A stretch of 64,000 bases of DNA, taken from assembly GCA_016709315.1 (NCBI GenBank), contig JADJMZ010000007.1, positions 291,546 to 355,545 of the forward strand, given 5' to 3'. The stretch comes from Ignavibacteria bacterium. GTDB taxonomy: Bacteria > Bacteroidota > Ignavibacteria > Tepidaquicellales > Tepidaquicellaceae. The notes below the pieces were generated by a model, which made no database searches, had not been told where the DNA came from, and saw only the letters and a list, made by a program, of their open reading frames with translations. The translations under genes and the position numbers were made by a program. Below are positions 28,921 through 36,723 of this stretch, in pieces (the stretch's first letter is position 1; every line of letters starts with the position of its first letter).

Positions 28921-29650
28921 ATATTCGCAGATGAAGAATGTTGAAAAATTCTTCTGCGGAAATTGCTCTTTGCGAATTTAATTTTTTCACACAGACATTC
29001 GCAGATGAAGAATATTAAATAATTTCATCAGCGTAAATCTGCGAATCACATCTGCGTAAATCTGCGAGAATTTCTCTTTGTGATTATGATTTATTTCACG
29101 CAGATATTCGCAGATGAAGAATATATTGAAATACCATCAGCGTAAATCTGCGAATCACATCTGCGTAAATCTGCGAGAATTTCTCTTTGCGATTATGATT
29201 TATTTCACGCAGATATTCGCAGATAAAAAATATTTTAAAATACCATCAGCGTAAATCTGCGAGAATTTCTCTTTGCGATTAAGATTTATTTCACGCAGAC
29301 ATTCGCAGATAAAAAATATTTTAAAATACCATCAGCGCAAATCTGCGAATCACATCTGCGTAAATCTGCGAGAATATCTCTTTACGATTATGATTTATTT
29401 CACGCAGATATTCGCAGATAAAGAATATTTTAAAATACCATCAGCGCAAATCTGCGAATCATATCTGCGTAAATCTGCGAGAATTTCTCTTTGCGATTAA
29501 GATTTATTTCACGCAGATATTCGCAGATAAAGAATATATTGAAATACCATCAGCGTAAATCTGCGAATCACATCTGCGTTCTTCTGCGAGAATTGCTCTT
29601 TGCGATTAAGATTTTTTTCACACAGATATTCGCAGATAAAAAATGTTTAA
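28921..29650. repeat. Tandem array of a 109-bp unit (six units plus partial ends; one unit is 86 bp)
   Basis: The unit marker tcacRcaga recurs at 28987, 29096, 29205, 29291, 29400, 29509 and 29618. The spacings are 109, 109, 86, 109, 109 and 109. Units are near-identical throughout. Confidence 0.95.
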
Positions 29651-29703
29651 TAATTCTTCTGCTCAAATGAGTTCAGTTTTGATAAAATATTTAAACGATT
29701 AGA

Positions 29704-30093
29704 ATGGAAAAAATTGAGAACAAAATATCTTTTGATATAAGAGGATGCGCTTTTAAGATTCATAATGCATTAGGACCCGGATTACTGGAATCTGTTTATG
29801 ATGCGGCATTATCATACGAACTAATTCAACTTGGATATAATGTCAAAAATCAAATTGGTATTCCAATGCTATATGAAAACATACGAATGGATGTTGGATT
29901 CAGACTGGATATTCTGGTGAACGATCTGGTAATTATAGAAATCAAGTCTGTCGAAAAGATGACAGATTTATATTTCAAGCAACTTTTAACTTATCTGAAA
30001 CTGTCAAACAGAAAATTAGGATTACTCATTAATTTTAATTCGGTGTTATTGGAAGATAAAGAATCAATATTCCGAATTGCCAATAACCTGTAA
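29704..30093 (+). CDS. GxxExxY family protein (PD-(D/E)XK nuclease-like fold family)
   Basis: 129 aa with the defining GPGLLESVY motif near the N-terminus. DILVNDLVIIEIKS fits a D...ExK-type core. Confidence 0.8.
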   Translation: MEKIENKISFDIRGCAFKIHNALGPGLLESVYDAALSYELIQLGYNVKNQIGIPMLYENIRMDVGFRLDILVNDLVIIEIKSVEKMTDLYFKQLLTYLKLSNRKLGLLINFNSVLLEDKESIFRIANNL

Positions 30094-30111
30094 TTAATAT
30101 TTCCTTTTTCT

Positions 30112-30150
30112 AATAAAACAAAAAAAGGCCGTCTGATGACAGCCTTTTTT
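30112..30150. terminator. Right copy of the direct repeat; bidirectional hairpin terminator
   Basis: aataaaacaaaaaaaggccgtctgatgacagcctttttt. An A-run, stem aggccgtc/gacagcct and a T-run sit between convergent genes ending at 30093 and 30179. Confidence 0.7.
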
Positions 30151-30178
30151 AAATAGATGTATTATTTTATAACTGATA

Positions 30179-33100
30179 TTATTTAAGAAGAATCATCCTT
30201 CTTGTTTCCGTATAATCGCCTGATGTTAATTTATAAAAATACATTCCGCTTGAAAGATCTGCTCCGTTTAAAGTAACTGAATATCTTCCTGCATCCAGTT
30301 TCATGCTGATTAATGTAATAACTTCTTTTCCCGTCAGATCATAAACTTTAATCGTGACGTAATTTGATACCGGTAATTCATAATTGATCTTTGTTGACGG
30401 ATTGAAAGGATTTGGATAATTCTGAGATAACGAATATTTTACCGGAACAGTGGCAATATTTTCCGGATCATCACCTGTAGGAATTTCATCAACAAATTTT
30501 ATCAGTCCGTTAAGTATTCTTTTTACTGAAAATGGATAAGGAACATCATTAGCCGGTCTTATAGATTCCACATCAAGCGCCATCACAGCTACATTATAAG
30601 TAGCAGATACTCTTCCTATTGAATTCATTGAGTCAGCGAACAGTCTGTATTTGTATAGATTGAATGTCTGTGAAGATGGCAGTGAAACTGATCTTTTAAT
30701 TACATCTGATGAAGGACCGTAAGTGCTGTCCGTAAGATTAGTATTTATCGAAATTCCCGTAATACCTCTTCCGCCTACTCCCGGTCTGTCTGCTACATAC
30801 TGGTATCCGCACATGCTTCGTGCAAATGCAGAATCATAATACGGGGAAGCTGATCTGTCTATCTGATAACCAATATCTTCTGAAATTATTATAAGTTTTG
30901 ATTTATTGATTCCTGTTCCTGACTGCAGATAAGTTTTAAGCGAATCTTTTATTTTATTTGACATAACAGATGAACCTTCTCCAAGCAGCATAACTTTTTT
31001 ATAACCTCTGAAAGAAACTGCATCTGTAGCGGTAACTCCTTTTCTGTTATAAAGATCATATGTAATCGAGAGATTATTCAGGTTAGCCATTACCGAGTCT
31101 CTTGAAATTCTGCAGTTTACATTTGTCGAATCATATAATACGAGAATGTCACCTTTTCCTTTTCTTTTAAAAGTGATCGCATTATTCTGAGTTGCTTTTA
31201 CAGAATCAAATCCGTTATAAGCCCAGACAGACCACTGCCCTGCAAGAGAATCACCCGGATTTACACCGGCCGAAGCCAGCGCTGCATCCAGTTCATTATT
31301 TGGAATTGAAAAAGATGAATCAATGCCGGATAAACCAGATGTTCTGATTAATTTTACAACAGTTATTGAAGGCGAACCGAATTTCCATTTATATGTTACA
31401 CCCGGTCCGGATGTTGACCAGTTAAAATTAATATTTGTAAAATTAAAAGCCGATGTTTCATATCTTACTCCTGCTGCAGGTGTGTTTAAATTAAATGCTG
31501 ACAATACCGGTACGCCTCTTTTCAGAGTAATTGCTCTCGGACCGTTAGCAGCTTTTAAAGAATCGAGAGTAACATTGTTTCTGAATGCCCATACATCCCA
31601 TTGTCCCACAAGCGAATCGCCAACTGCTACTCCGAGTCCGGCAAGTATATTATCAAGCTGTCCGGATGAGAATGAGATTGCATTTAAAGTCGAAGGAATA
31701 GTTATCTTTCTGACACTTGCTGTAGGATTACCGAATATCCATTTATAGGAAGCTGTTGCAGTAGAAGTATCCCAGTTAAAATTATAATTCAATGTATAAT
31801 TAGGATAAGTAACTATTCGCGCTCCCGCAGAAGGACTTGAAAGATTATAGTTATTCAGCGGAGTTAAATTAATGTTAACCTTCGCAGTAGTCGCCTGATA
31901 AATACCTGTATAATCATCACACCAGTAAGGCCAGAGAGTTCCGTTTCCCGAAGTTATTCCTATATAATCACCCTGATATCCTGCTGCAAGTCCCGGGATA
32001 GATTTAGGTTTGAATTTATGATCCGAAACCAGAATATCATTATAAGTTTCACCTCCGTCAAAAGATCTTGATACATAAACTTCAGCAGAATCATTTGTAG
32101 GAGTATTTCTGGTATCATAATAAACTATATTCACCGCGCCCTGATCATCAACATTGACCGTTCCGAAATACTGATACTTACCATTTCCGGGAGCATCCTG
32201 ATTTACTCTTTTCTTTGTCCAGGTATTCCCTCCATCTGTTGATCTGTGAAGAATAACATCGGATACATCAGTTGCAGGCGCAATATTTTTTTCTGAAGTA
32301 GTAACATATATCCATCCGCTTCGCGGACCTGTAGTTCTGTCGACTGCGATTCTTGGAAAACCGTTGGCTCTGATACCGTTCAAAAAAGCTCCGTTAAAAT
32401 CTCTGATCCCGTTCATATTGCTTGCATTACCTCTTGAGACTGCCCAGTTTACTCCTCCGTTAGTTGATTTAGCAAATCCGAGAGAATCTTCAATAAGAGC
32501 GCCTCCGACGGATGACTGATTTGCCCAGACTACATATACTTCTCCGTTTGGTCCGACTTTGATATCACAACCCTGATTGACATTATTGCCGAGAGCATTA
32601 CCGACAACAGCTTCATTTGACCATGATACTCCGCTGTTTGTTGAATAAGACATTACAACGTCTGCATAATTGGTGCCTCCGAACTCTGTGAAAACAGTAT
32701 AAACTCTTCCGTAATAAGGACTTACAGGTGAATCATCTGTAGTCGTAAAATTCTTATCTGAGCTTGCAGAGGATCCGGGAATATTTACATTTGCAGACCA
32801 TACAATTCCATTATCAGTAGAGTAACTCATTCCAATGTTTCCTGAAGTACTGATATATGACATGTGAAATCGTCCGTCTTTATCAATTGCAGGACCGGGA
32901 TCTCCGGAATTAAAAGTGCCGTTGTTTAAAGTATCGCTTCCATACCAAGTAAGACCTCCGTCAGTAGTTACATAAACACCAGTGGAAAATGTAGTTGCTC
33001 CTCTGTACGTATTTGCTGAAGCAAGCATTATCAGCGGATTTGTCGGATGTCTTGTAATAGGTGTTTCAGACTGAGTTCCGAAACTCGGGTGAACAAGAAA

Positions 33101-33325
33101 ATTAGGATATATAGTATAAACTTCCTTTGGTGTTTTTATTATTCGTGCTTCGGTACTGAACCTGTTATCGTTTTTCTGAGGTAAGAAAGAATAATTACCA
33201 TCAGGAATCATCCTCATCATTTCAGGATATATAACAGGTTTTAATTCGTTGTTGATGCTTTTCTGACCTGTCATAAATATGAAACCTGTTATTAAAACAG
33301 GTAATAGTAAAAGTAATTTTTTCAT
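30179..33325 (-). CDS. Secreted BNR/Asp-box propeller protein with T9SS C-terminal sorting domain (paralog family member)
   Basis: Signal peptide. PITRHPTNPLIMLASANT, Asp-boxes TTDGGLTW, STDNGIVW, STNSGVSW, STNGGVNW and STDGGNTW, plus GPNGEVYVVWA and YQGDYIGITSGNG. Two internal repeats of about 110 aa. C-terminus NYPNPFNPSTKINY...RRMILLK. Confidence 0.85.
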   Translation of the reverse strand: MKKLLLLLPVLITGFIFMTGQKSINNELKPVIYPEMMRMIPDGNYSFLPQKNDNRFSTEARIIKTPKEVYTIYPNFLVHPSFGTQSETPITRHPTNPLIMLASANTYRGATTFSTGVYVTTDGGLTWYGSDTLNNGTFNSGDPGPAIDKDGRFHMSYISTSGNIGMSYSTDNGIVWSANVNIPGSSASSDKNFTTTDDSPVSPYYGRVYTVFTEFGGTNYADVVMSYSTNSGVSWSNEAVVGNALGNNVNQGCDIKVGPNGEVYVVWANQSSVGGALIEDSLGFAKSTNGGVNWAVSRGNASNMNGIRDFNGAFLNGIRANGFPRIAVDRTTGPRSGWIYVTTSEKNIAPATDVSDVILHRSTDGGNTWTKKRVNQDAPGNGKYQYFGTVNVDDQGAVNIVYYDTRNTPTNDSAEVYVSRSFDGGETYNDILVSDHKFKPKSIPGLAAGYQGDYIGITSGNGTLWPYWCDDYTGIYQATTAKVNINLTPLNNYNLSSPSAGARIVTYPNYTLNYNFNWDTSTATASYKWIFGNPTASVRKITIPSTLNAISFSSGQLDNILAGLGVAVGDSLVGQWDVWAFRNNVTLDSLKAANGPRAITLKRGVPVLSAFNLNTPAAGVRYETSAFNFTNINFNWSTSGPGVTYKWKFGSPSITVVKLIRTSGLSGIDSSFSIPNNELDAALASAGVNPGDSLAGQWSVWAYNGFDSVKATQNNAITFKRKGKGDILVLYDSTNVNCRISRDSVMANLNNLSITYDLYNRKGVTATDAVSFRGYKKVMLLGEGSSVMSNKIKDSLKTYLQSGTGINKSKLIIISEDIGYQIDRSASPYYDSAFARSMCGYQYVADRPGVGGRGITGISINTNLTDSTYGPSSDVIKRSVSLPSSQTFNLYKYRLFADSMNSIGRVSATYNVAVMALDVESIRPANDVPYPFSVKRILNGLIKFVDEIPTGDDPENIATVPVKYSLSQNYPNPFNPSTKINYELPVSNYVTIKVYDLTGKEVITLISMKLDAGRYSVTLNGADLSSGMYFYKLTSGDYTETRRMILLK

Positions 33326-33620
33326 TTTTGATGTTTATATTTTATTTGTTAAAAATATATCACTGTGGGTTAAAATGCTGAAAATAGTTTTGACATTCAT
33401 TAATAATTATTTTTGTAAAAATTTGGACTTTACATTATTGTAAATTATAAAAACCTCTCGTTTTATTCAAAGAATGTTTTTGCTGAAAATACCCAATAAA
33501 TACAATGAAGAATATTAATATATGCTGTTTTCCTCGATTTATTAAAATATTTGTATCCAAAAAATACCCTTAAAGAAATTTCTGATTTCTGTTTTATTTT
33601 AAGTTTGCATAAATTTGATT

Positions 33621-33659
33621 AAAAAAAAAAAGCTGAAAAGAATTATCTCTTTTCAGCTT
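33621..33659 (-). terminator. Rho-independent terminator of the 33682-36690 gene
   Basis: Minus strand: aagctgaaaag ... cttttcagctt followed by T x10. Confidence 0.75.
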
Positions 33660-33681
33660 ATGTAATTTTAAATATTCGTTT

Positions 33682-36600
33682 TTACTGACCTGCTCTGCCT
33701 GAGTTACTGAATGAATTATTAGAGTTTTCTATTAACGGCTTGTTAGTTTTTTTTCTGTTGTAAATATTATATTGCCTGTTAATAATTTCTTTTTCCTTTT
33801 TCTTCAGTTCCTGAATTTTTATATCTTCTGCTTTTTTTATTTCTGAAAGTACGATTGTGCTTTCATATTTTTGTCTGTCAGCTTCGGTTTTGAATTCAGG
33901 TTTCTTATCAGTTTCAGTCGGATTGACTGACGGAGCTGCTCCGGGAGGTTCAATAGCAGTAACCCCGACATTGTTATCCACTATCGAAACATCCGATGCA
34001 TCAACAAAACTATCACCGTTAAGATCTTCAACGACGTATCCTGAAAGTCCGCTAAATGCTCCGTTGTCCACAGCGCTCAGATCCGATCCGTCAATTATAT
34101 CATCATCATTTATATCTCCGCTGAACATTCCGCGATAGAAAGGAGACAAGCTTACTATTGCCTGATTGTTTCCGTATGCCTGTCCGTCGGGCTGAACAAG
34201 GTTATAATTTGAATAAGCAGTACCTCTTGTAAATGCCTGCGTTACAGCAGTCCATGTTATTATACAATTCCTGTGCTTTACCACTCTGTAATAATTTCCT
34301 GTTAATGCTTTTGTAAAAGTGAGAGTGTTTGAAACAGCATTGGAACTCATTGTTGTTTTAGCAGAATCAACTATGATGTTTGGTAAATCAGATCTATGCA
34401 GATAAACTCTTATCGTATCTAAAAGTGTCCAGTAAGGATCTGATGGTTTAAACATTCCTTCTGAAATTACACCTACAGTTGAAGTAGTTTGTGCAGGCAA
34501 AGATTGAATACATACATTATCAATGTAAAGATTATTTCCGTATCCGCTTTTTGCTTTTAATCTAATCTTGTTTGTACCGGTCGGTAATGAATAAATCTTT
34601 GGTCTCCACTGTGAAGCAACAGGTGTAAATGATGATGATGTTGCTGGAGCAGTATTCAGTTCGCCTGAACCGTCAGATTTACCAAGTAATGTGGCAAGTA
34701 TTGTAAATGAAGCTCCGAAGTTAGTGGAAGATTCTACCAGCAATGTATCAGGTCCAAAGCTGGTAAATGGTGCATAAGCTTCATCAAATGTAAGATAAGT
34801 ACCTGCTGCGGTTGCTGCAAAATTATTAGATATTAAAGACTGATTAATTGGTAAGGTAGGACCTGCAGAATAAAAATTAAACCTTGCGGAACCAGCGCCG
34901 ATGCCATACGCGCTCGGTGTCTGCCTTGACCAGTAATTTGTCCCTGAAAATTCTTCGAAGAAATCAGCCGGTGGGAAAGCTGTATTTGTGAAATCTTCGC
35001 ACGGAGTCGGTCCGAGTGTTGTATTTACTGTCATCGTAACTGTCCTTTTATGAACAGGCGTTCCGTTAGGTCCTGCTCCCGTTACTGTAACAGTGTAATT
35101 TCCCAGAGGCGTAACCGTCCCTATAGTTCTGACTCTCATTGTTGCGGTTCCGGGTACCGAAGATAAAGTGCTTCCATCAGGAAAATCAGCTACAATACTT
35201 CCTGTCGCAGGTGACGGTGAAACTTCTGTTGTAAATGTAACAGTGTTTGCATAAGATTTTACTGAAGGTATGCTGACATCAATATTTTTGAAACTGTTTG
35301 TCTGATGAACAGTGCTTGCAGCCGGATTTACAAGCATTGCAAAATCCGGATAATAGGCAGTGTAACTTCCGAATGTTCCGGCTCTCATATCTGTCCAGGC
35401 CATCATTGATGTAACAGGGTTAGAAGATACAGCGTCATAATCTCCCTGATATCTCGGAGTTCCTCCCCCTCCGCAAGTCGTACAATTTATTGTGGCTGCT
35501 GCTGTTGTAATTCTTTGATTTGCAACCCATGTTACGCCGCCGTTATCTGAGTATGAAGCGTAAACATGCATTGTATTATTTGTGGCATCAAGTCTTGTGT
35601 CAAACCATTTACAGTAAAGTCTTCCGGTGGTCTTGTCACACCAGATTGCCGGAAAAAACTGATCAGACAAATCCGGACTTGCATTATCATTTACTAAAAT
35701 TGGAGAAGAGAATGTCAGTCCCTGATCTGTAGAATATCTGCAGTAAATATTTGGTTTGTTACCGTCTCCTGCAGGACTGTTTGCTGCATAAACTAAATAT
35801 AATCTGCCTCTGAATGTACCATAGCTGTTATCAGCTGCGATCATAGGATAAGGTCTTGTTCTCATATTCTGAACAGAATGTCTTCCTGCAACATTAGTTC
35901 CTACATATCCGGCATAATTCTGACTCGATCTTAAAACAAAATTAGTGCCACCTGTAGTCGAACGATAAAAATTATATGTAACTGCAAATGCAGATGCGCC
36001 GGTATTTGTGACAATATAAACCGAACCTCCTGAAGTTGATCCATTCGGTCCAATGCAAACCATCATACCCGGATAGGAATTTGCAAGCGTATCAGCATCA
36101 ATAAAAGAAACTCCGTTATTAATGCTTCTTCTTACATTTGATAATGAGCCGTTAGGTGTCATTACCGTGTAAACATAATTTTTGTAAGGACCATTTGTCT
36201 GATCCGCTGCCGCCCAGTTTTTATCAACACCGTTATTTCCAACAACACCCGCTCCGAAAGTCACTCCTCCGTTAACGGATTTAATAAATCTTGTCCCGGT
36301 TATTCCGCCAATCATGTTTTCATAAAAAAGATTTCCGAGACTGTCAAAAGCAGTTACAGGGTCACCATATACAGTAACTCCGAAACTCGGACTGGAAGTC
36401 GCAGACCAGTTGTATCCGTCAGTAACATAGTGAGCGCCGTTCGTATTATATGCCACAAAGCAGTTTAACGGATTTGTAGGATTCATTGAAAGATGCGGCT
36501 CTGCAAAATCAGTACCGATATTGAAATTATCATAACCGCTTGCATCTGTAATTACTGCGTTAACTGACTGAGGACTTATTGCATCCCAGAATTCTGCAGG

Positions 36601-36690
36601 TATCCTGTCAAGATTAGGATCATCATACTGAGAAAATGAGATGTTCGTAATTAATAAAACTAAGATAAAAGTGAAAACTAAATTTTTCAT
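33682..36690 (-). CDS. Secreted BNR-type propeller + jelly-roll protein with KHRN module, dockerin-like repeats and charged tail
   Basis: Signal peptide. A divergent propeller (YSDNGGVTW, STDQGLTF). CEDFTNTAFPP...SGYGNNLYIDNVC module. GNYYRVVKHRNCIITWT. GDINDDDIIDGSDLSAVDN ... DLNGDSFVDASDVSIVDNN. PPGAAP followed by a K/E-rich tail. Confidence 0.82.
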   Translation of the reverse strand: MKNLVFTFILVLLITNISFSQYDDPNLDRIPAEFWDAISPQSVNAVITDASGYDNFNIGTDFAEPHLSMNPTNPLNCFVAYNTNGAHYVTDGYNWSATSSPSFGVTVYGDPVTAFDSLGNLFYENMIGGITGTRFIKSVNGGVTFGAGVVGNNGVDKNWAAADQTNGPYKNYVYTVMTPNGSLSNVRRSINNGVSFIDADTLANSYPGMMVCIGPNGSTSGGSVYIVTNTGASAFAVTYNFYRSTTGGTNFVLRSSQNYAGYVGTNVAGRHSVQNMRTRPYPMIAADNSYGTFRGRLYLVYAANSPAGDGNKPNIYCRYSTDQGLTFSSPILVNDNASPDLSDQFFPAIWCDKTTGRLYCKWFDTRLDATNNTMHVYASYSDNGGVTWVANQRITTAAATINCTTCGGGGTPRYQGDYDAVSSNPVTSMMAWTDMRAGTFGSYTAYYPDFAMLVNPAASTVHQTNSFKNIDVSIPSVKSYANTVTFTTEVSPSPATGSIVADFPDGSTLSSVPGTATMRVRTIGTVTPLGNYTVTVTGAGPNGTPVHKRTVTMTVNTTLGPTPCEDFTNTAFPPADFFEEFSGTNYWSRQTPSAYGIGAGSARFNFYSAGPTLPINQSLISNNFAATAAGTYLTFDEAYAPFTSFGPDTLLVESSTNFGASFTILATLLGKSDGSGELNTAPATSSSFTPVASQWRPKIYSLPTGTNKIRLKAKSGYGNNLYIDNVCIQSLPAQTTSTVGVISEGMFKPSDPYWTLLDTIRVYLHRSDLPNIIVDSAKTTMSSNAVSNTLTFTKALTGNYYRVVKHRNCIITWTAVTQAFTRGTAYSNYNLVQPDGQAYGNNQAIVSLSPFYRGMFSGDINDDDIIDGSDLSAVDNGAFSGLSGYVVEDLNGDSFVDASDVSIVDNNVGVTAIEPPGAAPSVNPTETDKKPEFKTEADRQKYESTIVLSEIKKAEDIKIQELKKKEKEIINRQYNIYNRKKTNKPLIENSNNSFSNSGRAGQ

Positions 36691-36723
36691 TGTAAACCCT
36701 TTCAGTTTAATTTGATTGATGGT

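Noticed and set aside
29273-29500. 75-aa ORF inside the 109-bp repeat array
   Set aside because: The reading frame is simply a translation of the repeat units. It has no plausible start context and a repetitive, arbitrary sequence, so it is treated as spurious.
28921-29650. Possible CRISPR array
   Set aside because: The period is 109 bp and the whole unit is conserved, including what would be the spacer. There are no unique spacers and no cas genes in the window. It is a tandem repeat, not a repeat-spacer array.
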